From assembly GCA_035527875.1 (NCBI GenBank), contig DATKZR010000006.1, forward strand, positions 48,746 through 80,745: a stretch of 32,000 nt of DNA, in the 5' to 3' direction. The number at the start of each line of letters is the position of its first letter. Within the stretch, counting starts at the first letter, position 1. Source of the DNA: Nitrosopumilaceae archaeon. Lineage in GTDB: Archaea > Thermoproteota > Nitrososphaeria > Nitrososphaerales > Nitrosopumilaceae. Under the pieces are notes generated by a model. The model worked only from the letters and a program-made list of their open reading frames with translations. It had not been told where the DNA came from and searched no databases. Of the stretch, positions 24,047-32,000 are shown in pieces. A program made the translations under genes and the position numbers.

Positions 24047-24100
24047 CTTAGTGTTTTAAGAAATGATCGTAGTTGTGCGGTTAAAACCAATAAAAAAAAT

Positions 24101-24283
24101 TTATCGTCTCTTTCTTCTTTGCCCAGGCTTATTTTGTCCTGGAAATCTTCCCAGCGTAAATCTTTTGTTAAAATTACTCTTGTTTCTAAGACTGGAATTT
24201 GTGCCAGTGATCTTTCGTCCTTCTACTTTGGGAGTTTGACCTCTAACCTTGCCTGCCTTGGTAAGTGAACCGTGAGTTGCCAT
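24101..24283 (-). CDS. rps30e: Ribosomal protein S30e
   Basis: The translation is HGSLTKAGKVRGQTPKVEGRK...NKRF and the protein is a very basic 60 aa. Confidence 0.85.
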   Translation of the reverse strand: MATHGSLTKAGKVRGQTPKVEGRKITGTNSSLRNKSNFNKRFTLGRFPGQNKPGQRRKRR

Positions 24284-24322
24284 AAATGAACCTATTACTA
24301 TTGGAATTTATGTATTTGGAAA

Positions 24323-26047
24323 TTAATAGTATTTTGCCTTGACTTTCTCTATGACTAATTCGTGTTCTCTGCTTTTTCTTCTAGCATATTTTTCCATTGC
24401 GCCTAATGGGATACCACCAAGGGATCTTGCGATTGCATTAAAGAAATACCTTTGAGGGCCTTTGGATCCTGTTTTGGTCATAAATTTTTGAATACCATAC
24501 TTGAAATTGTGTTGCCAAGTTTTGTATAGAACACCCAATTGTGCCGGAGTCATTTCACTTCCAATGTTGAAAAATTTGGATTGCTCTAATAATCCGATTG
24601 GAACAAATGTCAAAGCAGTAGTAGTAAACATTGATTCTGGTTGTTCATGTTCTAATTCACTTATCAGGCTAATGGTCTCCCAGGAATCTTCTGGAGTTTC
24701 GTCATTATCTAAACCCATAATCAAAGTAAAGGCAGGAATCCAATAATCCTTGTTTAATGTCTTGACACCTTCTTTTACTACCCAATGCCATTCTTCGGGG
24801 GAATAGGGAGCTAGTTTTCTGTCTGCATACTTTTCAATTAGTCTCAAGCTGCCCGTTTCCAATCCAGCCTGAACTCCAATCATGTTATCAGGACCGGATT
24901 TCATAATTTTAGATATATTTGGAATTAGTCTTTCATTTGCAATTGCCCCTGCTAGAGTACCATGAGTTGGATTAGTGTGCTTCACTCCTGTTGACATGAT
25001 TGCAGTAAAGAGTTCCTCCAGTGCTTCTCGGTTTGGTTCCATTCCTTTTGTAGTTCGTGGATCCATTCCATAGACAAAGATATCATCACTATGTATCCAA
25101 GCAGATGTAGAACCACCTTTTTTCATATTTACTTCGATTTCTTTTACAACTTTTTCAGGAGGATAATAGCGTAATGACCTTAAAGTTACATCACAAAATT
25201 TACAACCTCTACCACATCCTCGCATTACCTCAACCATGCCATGCATACTTGGTTCAATAATATCTGGAATGTCCTCAATGTCAGGTCTATCCCAGAAATT
25301 AACAAATCGTGCATGAATTTTTTTGCCGTTTCTTTCAAATTCTTTAATGTTTACCTTGAAATCACTTCGTTTTCTGAAAGGATCCATGTTTTCAAAATCG
25401 CCATTAATCAAATAGTTGAAAAATCTTCCAGCATGTCCATCTATTTCTGGAGCAATTCCTCCCAACTCTCCTTCTAAAATAGCATAAATTCCAAACTCTT
25501 CAATTTTTTCAGGGTCGTAATTGTATTGCCAAGTGCCAGATGCACCGGATATTACTTTTGCTTTACTTCCTGTTTTTTGTTTGGCTACCTTTATTCTATG
25601 GTGTAATTCTGTGTTGTATAGCTCATCGTAAGAGATTTGTTTTCTACCATAGGTAAAGGTCATGGTAACAGGGCCCATTCCAAGAGGATCCATTTCATAT
25701 GTTCCAATTACTTGAGTATCAGGACCTATGAATTTTTCAATATAATTTGGATGGGCTACAACTACTTCATCCCGTCGGAAGCCATCTCTAAGTAAACCTG
25801 CTTCGAGTTTTCTCAACCCATATGGAGCAAAGTTTGCAACTCCGTTGGTGTGAGGAATATAATTACAGATAAAGTCAAAGAGAATTTTTGGAGTTACTTG
25901 ATTTTTTAGGATTTTGTACCAAAAGCTGTTTTTATCTCTGTGAGGATCAATTGCTGGGGCACATCCAAAAAATGTAGCCAATGATAAACCGCGATATGGT
26001 GACATTAAAGTTCGGTCTGCAGTTAGAACAATTTTTGGAGTACTCAT
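24323..26047 (-). CDS. Large radical-SAM superfamily protein
   Basis: MRGCGRGCKFC is the CxxxCxxC [4Fe-4S] motif. It has ~270-aa N-terminal and ~280-aa C-terminal flanking regions. I prefer the ATG at 26047 over the TTG at 26056. Confidence 0.85.
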   Translation of the reverse strand: MSTPKIVLTADRTLMSPYRGLSLATFFGCAPAIDPHRDKNSFWYKILKNQVTPKILFDFICNYIPHTNGVANFAPYGLRKLEAGLLRDGFRRDEVVVAHPNYIEKFIGPDTQVIGTYEMDPLGMGPVTMTFTYGRKQISYDELYNTELHHRIKVAKQKTGSKAKVISGASGTWQYNYDPEKIEEFGIYAILEGELGGIAPEIDGHAGRFFNYLINGDFENMDPFRKRSDFKVNIKEFERNGKKIHARFVNFWDRPDIEDIPDIIEPSMHGMVEVMRGCGRGCKFCDVTLRSLRYYPPEKVVKEIEVNMKKGGSTSAWIHSDDIFVYGMDPRTTKGMEPNREALEELFTAIMSTGVKHTNPTHGTLAGAIANERLIPNISKIMKSGPDNMIGVQAGLETGSLRLIEKYADRKLAPYSPEEWHWVVKEGVKTLNKDYWIPAFTLIMGLDNDETPEDSWETISLISELEHEQPESMFTTTALTFVPIGLLEQSKFFNIGSEMTPAQLGVLYKTWQHNFKYGIQKFMTKTGSKGPQRYFFNAIARSLGGIPLGAMEKYARRKSREHELVIEKVKAKYY

Positions 26048-26098
26048 ACCCTTCAAGGCAATAATTTCATGATTTATTTTAAACCTTGCTGGTTGAAT

Positions 26099-26917
26099 CT
26101 AATATTTTTCCAAAATTCCAGCCTTATTTCTGTAAAAATAACCAAATTCAGGGTTTGACAAAAGATGATCACCATCAAACACAGTTCCATCTCTGCAAAC
26201 TAAATCTTCACCAACACAGCAGCTTCCACAAATCCCCACACCACATTTCATCATACGCTCAAGGCTTGCTTGGACAAATAGTCCCTTTGAATGTGCAAGT
26301 TTAACTGTCTTGTACATCATTTTTTCAGGACCACAAGTATACACCCCCTCAAATTTGCCTTGATTAACCAGTTTTTCTACCATGTCAGTGACAAGACCTT
26401 TTTCTCCATAGGATCCATCATCAGTTGTTACAATAACCTTGTGTGGGTTATTTTTCAACAAATTATTGGCTAGATTTTCAAAAAATACTTCATCTTTATT
26501 TTTTGCTCCAATTAAGAGAGTTACATCATCATTTGATTTAACAAAAGTCAATAATCTCATCATTGGGACAAGGCCTGTTCCACCCCCAACTAGCAAAAGT
26601 TTTCCGCATTTTAAATCAAAAGAATTACCATATGGACCTCTTATCCCAATTTGTTGTCCTGCTTTTAGATTAAACAGTCCAGTTGATGCAGGTCCATGTT
26701 TTCGAACAGTAAAGGCCGCTTTTCCTGTTTCTTGAGAAATCATTACACTCATTGGTAACTCGTTTATTCCCGGAATCCATACCATTGCAAATTGTCCTGG
26801 TAGGACATTAGACATTGTTTCATTGGAGAACACCAGAGTTCTAACAGTCGGAGTTTCATCAATTACCTCCTCAATTCTACAAATCGTTGTATGATTATGA
26901 TTTCTTTGCAAGTCCAA
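26099..26917 (-). CDS. pyrK: Dihydroorotate dehydrogenase electron-transfer subunit
   Basis: It has FNR-like FAD/NAD domains (LLLVGGGTGLVP) and a C-terminal [2Fe-2S] motif CGVGICGSCC. It overlaps the pyrD 3' end. Confidence 0.85.
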   Translation of the reverse strand: MDLQRNHNHTTICRIEEVIDETPTVRTLVFSNETMSNVLPGQFAMVWIPGINELPMSVMISQETGKAAFTVRKHGPASTGLFNLKAGQQIGIRGPYGNSFDLKCGKLLLVGGGTGLVPMMRLLTFVKSNDDVTLLIGAKNKDEVFFENLANNLLKNNPHKVIVTTDDGSYGEKGLVTDMVEKLVNQGKFEGVYTCGPEKMMYKTVKLAHSKGLFVQASLERMMKCGVGICGSCCVGEDLVCRDGTVFDGDHLLSNPEFGYFYRNKAGILEKY

Positions 26918-27806
26918 TCATCTCCTCAATTCTTGAAATCCCTTTTTTTTCCATGTATTGCAATATGCCATTGTTGATTTCATTGAAAACATCCATCCAT
27001 CTATCTCCAACTGCACTTCCTACTTGAACTGCCGATGCACCTGCGAGGAAAAATTCAACGGCATCTTCCCAAGTAGATATTCCACCACATCCAATTATAG
27101 GAATATTGTATTTTGATGAAATTTCATAAACACAACGAAGTGCAATTGGTTTTATTGGAGTTCCAGAAAGTCCACCAAACTTGTTACTTAGGATCGGTTG
27201 TTGGGTTTCTACATCGATTGCTATAGCTCTAATTGTATTAATTGCAGTAATGGCATCAATTCCTGATTCAACGGCTGTGCCTACCGTTTCAAGATAATTT
27301 GTAGTACCTAATCCAACCTTTGCAATTACTGGAACATTTGTAGATTTTTTTATGGTACTGACAATTTTTTTGACTAATTCCGGATCATCTCCAACTTCTA
27401 AACCAACTTTTGCAACATGAGGACACGACAAGTTAAGTTCGAAACCAGCAACTTTGCAATTAGAAAATTCTTTTATCATAATTTCGAAATCTTCTGGAAT
27501 TGAGCCAACAAGACTAACAATTATTGGAACATCTTTGTTAGATTCAATCATTTTTGCAAAATTGGGCGCTCCAGGATTTGAAAGGCCAACAGCATTTAAC
27601 CAACCTCCTCCATCTACACTGAAAATCGTTGGATTTGTATATCCCTCCCAAGGTTCCTTACTGAGAGACTTTGTAACTACCGCTCCAGCTCCAGAGCGAT
27701 AGATCCTATTAAAAACATCTAAAGAGATACCTAAAATTCCAGATGCGAGCATAATGGGACGTTCAAGATGAATTTGACCTACAGAAGTAGCTAAACTTGT
27801 TTCCAC
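26895..27806 (-). CDS. pyrD: Dihydroorotate dehydrogenase 1B catalytic subunit
   Basis: The motifs are PIMLASGILG, NLSCPH, GGLSG and GCGGI...GASAVQVGSA. Confidence 0.9.
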   Translation of the reverse strand: METSLATSVGQIHLERPIMLASGILGISLDVFNRIYRSGAGAVVTKSLSKEPWEGYTNPTIFSVDGGGWLNAVGLSNPGAPNFAKMIESNKDVPIIVSLVGSIPEDFEIMIKEFSNCKVAGFELNLSCPHVAKVGLEVGDDPELVKKIVSTIKKSTNVPVIAKVGLGTTNYLETVGTAVESGIDAITAINTIRAIAIDVETQQPILSNKFGGLSGTPIKPIALRCVYEISSKYNIPIIGCGGISTWEDAVEFFLAGASAVQVGSAVGDRWMDVFNEINNGILQYMEKKGISRIEEMIGLAKKS

Positions 27807-27894
27807 TCTGAATCATACACGTAGATTTGAATATAACAGTTGAGCCAGATCTTATCTGTTACCTTTTTTAAAGGAGACTTTGAATAAACTATTC

Positions 27895-29193
27895 ATGTAT
27901 TCTGTAATTTTAACAGAATTTGGAATCTCAGTTTTCATCGACGAGAAACTTGAAAAAGCATTTCCATTTTCCGATCCAGTACATGATTATCTTTCTGTTA
28001 AAAATAAAGAAATGAAATTATATGATTTGGTTAATTATCTAAGCCCACTTCAAAGAGGATTTGCAACAAATGATTCGTCCTTGGTTACCTTACTGAAAAA
28101 AAATTCTATTGATGCACAAATAATGGAGGAGGAAGAACTTGAAAAAATTCAAACTTCCAAACCTCAAATAATAGTAGATTCAGGATTTGCCAAAGACATC
28201 CCTGAGGTTCTCAATAAATTAAGAGAGTTTGCAATAGGACTATCATCCTCTAAGGTTACCAAAGTATCAGAAAGTCCAGACTTACACATTATTCAAGCAA
28301 TTAATTCTCTTGATGAAATTGATAAAATTGCAAATGCCGTTAGTTCAAGATTAAGAGAGTGGTACGGATTACATTTTCCAGAATTAGAAAATGTAATCGA
28401 TAGTATCAATGGCTATGCCCAAATTGTTCTTGCAGGAAAACGTGACTCTTTAACAAAAAAAGTTTTTGAGGATGCCGGGTTTCCTGATTCTAAAGTGGAA
28501 ATGTTATCCTTGGTGGCATCAAAAAGCAGAGGAGGGGATATTTCAGAAAAAAATTTGGAAATCGTTCAATTTATGGCAAAACAACTGCTTGATCTTCATG
28601 ATTTAAGAAAAAATTTAGAAGATCATGTAGAGTCAGAGATGGAGGCTGTAGCACCAAATATTTCAGCTATACTTGGAACGGCAGTAGGTGCAAGAATTCT
28701 TGGTAGGGCTGGAAGTTTAACAAAACTTGCATCAATGCCTGCTAGTACAGTACAGGTAATAGGAGCAGAAAAAGCCTTGTTTAGATCACTGAAGACTGGA
28801 GCTCAACCTCCAAAACATGGAATACTATTCCAACATGCAATGGTACATGCAGCACCCAGATGGCAAAGAGGGAAAATTGCTAGAGCAATTGCTGCTAAGG
28901 CAGTAATAGCAGCACGAGTAGATGTTTACGGAGAGGGGATTAACGAGACCCTTCTTGAAAAACTCGACATCAGAGTAAAAGAAATCGGTAAAAAGTATGA
29001 AACAGCCCCTGAAAGAGAAACAGAAAGATTTGACTCTTCCAGGCAAGATAGAAGAGATTTTGATAGGAGAAGTGGTGGATTTTCTCAAAGAGGTAGAATA
29101 GATTCTAGAAGAACGGACAACAGTCCTAACAGAGAAAAAAGAAATTCTAAACAAAATAAGAATAAAAAGAGAAAAAAGTTTGGAAGAAGATAA
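27895..29193 (+). CDS. nop5: C/D-box sRNP protein Nop5 (Nop56/58) with basic R/K/D-rich C-terminal tail
   Basis: LREWYGLHFPEL, APNISAILGTAVGARIL and GAEKALFR are NOSIC/Nop-domain signatures. A TTTTAAA box 23 nt upstream favours the ATG at 27895 over the TTG at 27880. Confidence 0.9.
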   Translation: MYSVILTEFGISVFIDEKLEKAFPFSDPVHDYLSVKNKEMKLYDLVNYLSPLQRGFATNDSSLVTLLKKNSIDAQIMEEEELEKIQTSKPQIIVDSGFAKDIPEVLNKLREFAIGLSSSKVTKVSESPDLHIIQAINSLDEIDKIANAVSSRLREWYGLHFPELENVIDSINGYAQIVLAGKRDSLTKKVFEDAGFPDSKVEMLSLVASKSRGGDISEKNLEIVQFMAKQLLDLHDLRKNLEDHVESEMEAVAPNISAILGTAVGARILGRAGSLTKLASMPASTVQVIGAEKALFRSLKTGAQPPKHGILFQHAMVHAAPRWQRGKIARAIAAKAVIAARVDVYGEGINETLLEKLDIRVKEIGKKYETAPERETERFDSSRQDRRDFDRRSGGFSQRGRIDSRRTDNSPNREKRNSKQNKNKKRKKFGRR

Positions 29194-29854
29194 TCAAGGA
29201 TTTTTCTGGATAAAATCAGAAGGGGTAAAAAAATTAGCCACAGAAAATTTAGTAGTTGGAAATCAAGTTTACAAAGAAAAATTAATTACAAAAAAAAGAA
29301 TAGAATACAGACTCTGGGAACCATTTAGAAGTAAATTGGCAGCATCAATTATGAACGGATTAGAATTATTTCCCTTCAAAAATAAATCAACAGTATTGTA
29401 TCTTGGTGTGTCGACTGGAACAACTATTAGTCATATGTCTGATATTGTTGGACCTAGCGGAATTATTTTTGGTGTTGAGCATGCAAGTAGGGTCGCAAGA
29501 GATTTTTTAGACAGAGTTGCAATATACAGAAAAAATATTATTCCCATTTTACAAGATGCAAGAAAACCAAAAGAGTATTTTTCTATTTTTGGAAAGGTAG
29601 ACGTGGTGTATGTAGATATTGCTCAGCCGGATCAAACTGAAATAGCTATTACAAACTGCAAAATGTATCTCAAAAAAAATGGTTATTTATTCTTGGTAAT
29701 CAAAACCAGAAGCATAGATGTAACAAAACCACCTAAACAAATCATCAATGAAGAGATAAAAAAAATAAAAGAAAATTTTGATATTTTACAAACTATTGAT
29801 CTACATCCATATGATAAGGATCACGCCATGGTAATTGCTAAATTTCAAGCATAG
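29180..29854 (+). CDS. flpA: Fibrillarin (rRNA/tRNA 2'-O-methyltransferase)
   Basis: The motifs are YRLWEPFRSKLAA, VLYLGVSTGTTISHMSDIVG and DIAQPDQ. It has a TTG start overlapping the nop5 end by 14 nt. Confidence 0.9.
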   Translation: MEEDNQGFFWIKSEGVKKLATENLVVGNQVYKEKLITKKRIEYRLWEPFRSKLAASIMNGLELFPFKNKSTVLYLGVSTGTTISHMSDIVGPSGIIFGVEHASRVARDFLDRVAIYRKNIIPILQDARKPKEYFSIFGKVDVVYVDIAQPDQTEIAITNCKMYLKKNGYLFLVIKTRSIDVTKPPKQIINEEIKKIKENFDILQTIDLHPYDKDHAMVIAKFQA

Positions 29855-30483
29855 TTTTTATCAATAATTTTTTTAGTTGGTTTCCAACTTTTGCGCACAA
29901 AATTAGGGATATTTTTATGATTTTTGTAGTATTTCTTTACAAACTTGATGGTTTTTGCATCAGATGGATACCCACTTCCAAGATCATGGTCTTTTCTGAG
30001 GCGGGTAATAGCCCGATCCCTAGTAACCTTGGCCAATATTGAGGCGGCAGAAACTACTGGAAATCTAGAATCTGCGTGATGATAAGATTGAATTTTTTTA
30101 TTATTTGATAATTTCGAAATTTCTTTTCCAAATCTTTTTGGATTTACATCACATGAATCAACAAAAGTTGTATCAGGATTTAGTTTTGTTATAACTTTGG
30201 CCATGTATTTTGCCTCAAGGTGGTTCAAACCATGTTTCGCAACACTCGTGTCAATAGTTTTTGGAGGTATCCGTGAAACATAATAACCATCTACCAAAGA
30301 AATTATTTTTTTGTAAAGTTCTTCACGTCTTTTTGCTGTGAGTTTTTTTGAATCTTTAACCCCCAAAATAGAGAGTTTGTGAAGATTTTTTTTATTAATC
30401 GAGATTCCTGCAATAACAAGTGGTCCTATCATGGAGCCTCTTCCGGCATCATCAACACCACAAATTTGCACAAACTTGGTCAA
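29845..30483 (-). CDS. rnhB: Ribonuclease HII
   Basis: The motifs are ICGVDDAGRGSMIGPLV and DSKKLT...ASILAK. Its 3' end overlaps convergent flpA by 10 nt. Confidence 0.9.
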   Translation of the reverse strand: MTKFVQICGVDDAGRGSMIGPLVIAGISINKKNLHKLSILGVKDSKKLTAKRREELYKKIISLVDGYYVSRIPPKTIDTSVAKHGLNHLEAKYMAKVITKLNPDTTFVDSCDVNPKRFGKEISKLSNNKKIQSYHHADSRFPVVSAASILAKVTRDRAITRLRKDHDLGSGYPSDAKTIKFVKKYYKNHKNIPNFVRKSWKPTKKIIDKNYA

Positions 30484-30532
30484 CGACTACAAGTATTAAA
30501 CCATTATACATCTATTTGATACAGAATAATCA

Positions 30533-31675
30533 TTGCAAATCAACAAAGACTCTTTTGAAGAAATCATAGAAGGCCAAACAAAATTAATGGTTCCAAAAAA
30601 ATCGATTACCGATATCGTACCCCCAAAAGAGCCAGCATTTTTTAACCCAAAAGCAAAGTTGACTCGAGATTTTTCGATTATTGCATATGGGGCATTTTGG
30701 AAAAATTTTGAAGGACCAAAAATTTTTCTTGATGGATTATCTGGAATCGGAGCAAGAGGAATACGTGTAGCAAATGAATTAAAATCAGATAATGTAATCC
30801 TAAATGACCTAAACCCTTCTGGTTTAGAACTAGCAAAATATTCTGGAAAATTAAATAATTTAAAAAACGTGCAATTTTCGGAAAATGAAATCTGTAGATT
30901 TTTTAGCCTATACTCACAGAAAGGTAATCGAGCTTCAATTGTTGATATTGACCCATTTGGCTCTCCTGCTCAATTTTTTGACTGTGGCCTAAGAGCCACG
31001 ATGCATGGCGGGATATTATCTTGTACTGCTACAGATTTACAAGTATTAAATGGACTTTTTCAAAAAGCTTGCGCGAGAAAATATGGAGGAATACCCATAA
31101 GAACCGAATACGGAAACGAAATAGCAATTAGGCTTATCCTTGGATGCCTTAGAATGGTAGCCGGACGTTTGGGGCTAGAGATAATTCCTCTTTATGTTGA
31201 AAGTAAATTCCATTATTATAGAATATATGTTAAGGTGCATAACAGACCAGACCAAGAAGAAAACCTAGGCTATATTATTCATTGCAAAAATTGTGGTCAT
31301 CGAAAAATGGTTTTTGAAAAAATTAATTCCTGCGAATTATGTGAATCTCAAAATAATATCGCTGGAGTATTATGGATTGGTAAAATTTTTGATAAGAATT
31401 TTGTTGAAAATATGATTTTAAAAATGTCAGAACTAAATGTAGACAAAGATTGTGAAAAAGCTTTGAGAAAATGTTTAGCAGAATCAGAAATGCCTGGAAT
31501 TTATTTCACCTTAGATGAAATTGCATCTAAAATGAAATCATCACCTCCCAAACTTGAAGACGCTATTAACAATTTACAAAATAATGGATACATTTCAAGT
31601 CCTACTTCATTTAGTCCAACAGGTTTTAGAACAAACGCAAACATTAAGGAAATAATTAACGTATTTTCAGATTAA
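30533..31675 (+). CDS. trm1: tRNA (guanine26-N2)-dimethyltransferase
   Basis: The motifs are IIEGQTKLMVP, FFNPKAKLTRDFS and IVDIDPFGSP, plus a C-terminal CxxC...CxxC zinc motif. Confidence 0.9.
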   Translation: MQINKDSFEEIIEGQTKLMVPKKSITDIVPPKEPAFFNPKAKLTRDFSIIAYGAFWKNFEGPKIFLDGLSGIGARGIRVANELKSDNVILNDLNPSGLELAKYSGKLNNLKNVQFSENEICRFFSLYSQKGNRASIVDIDPFGSPAQFFDCGLRATMHGGILSCTATDLQVLNGLFQKACARKYGGIPIRTEYGNEIAIRLILGCLRMVAGRLGLEIIPLYVESKFHYYRIYVKVHNRPDQEENLGYIIHCKNCGHRKMVFEKINSCELCESQNNIAGVLWIGKIFDKNFVENMILKMSELNVDKDCEKALRKCLAESEMPGIYFTLDEIASKMKSSPPKLEDAINNLQNNGYISSPTSFSPTGFRTNANIKEIINVFSD

Positions 31676-32000
31676 CCAGTATATCCTAGACATACAATGT
31701 ATAATTCGCTACTTTGTTTTCTGCTTGCCGGAGGTTTTGTGAGATTGATTCTTGCAAATTTTTTCTTTACAAAATCCCGAAACTCCATAGAATATGCTCC
31801 ATCAAATATCTTAAAAACAGCATTTCCTTTATGCATAAGCACTTTGTCCATAATTTTTGTACAGTCATAATTTAGGGAAATTTGTTTTGCATGATCAACG
31901 GTCCAGTTTCCAGAAACTTGTGGAGAAAGGTCACAAATTACCGCATTAACCTTTCTACCAAAATATTCCAATATTTCATCTACGATTGATTCATCTTCAA
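31672..32000 (-). CDS. RlmE/FtsJ-type rRNA 2'-O-methyltransferase; 5' part lies beyond the window end
   Basis: The translation is VICDLSPQVSGNWTVDHA...FKIFDG...KPPASRKQSSELYIV. The frame remains open upstream of the TTG at 31971 to nt 32000 (EDESIVDEILEYFG...). Confidence 0.8.
   Translation of the reverse strand, partial: EDESIVDEILEYFGRKVNAVICDLSPQVSGNWTVDHAKQISLNYDCTKIMDKVLMHKGNAVFKIFDGAYSMEFRDFVKKKFARINLTKPPASRKQSSELYIVCLGYTG

Overview
The window is a strongly AT-rich archaeal chromosome segment that is densely coding on both strands. It contains no CRISPR array, rRNA gene, integrase or transposase. The gene content is RadA, Nop5 and fibrillarin, ribosomal proteins L21e and S30e, RNA polymerase subunit F, a DUF655-like protein, KsgA, an Elf1-like zinc ribbon, Trm1, RNase HII, PyrK/PyrD, a two-domain multicopper oxidase, and many small Cys-rich proteins. 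With the AT bias, this suggests a marine ammonia-oxidising thaumarchaeon (Nitrosopumilus-like). That assignment is inference only, because I cannot run searches. Positions 16.4-32 kb are ordinary, recognisable housekeeping genes. Positions 0-16 kb are the accessory-like part and hold most of the observations. (1) Three otherwise intact-looking genes (a universal stress protein, a secreted WW-repeat protein, a double zinc ribbon) are each interrupted by one in-frame TAA. (2) Three diverged paralogues of an uncharacterised ~120-aa protein are each paired co-directionally with another minus-strand gene. (3) A tightly packed operon of three tiny Cys/His-rich genes lies next to an Lrp/AsnC regulator and is absent from the >=60-aa ORF track. 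(4) Two unrelated secreted proteins share an N-terminal Cys-x16-Cys module. (5) A T6GGGAAA intergenic motif recurs. (6) Two unusually long non-coding gaps occur in otherwise tightly packed sequence. All functional calls rest on motifs read by eye from the translations. No database search was possible.
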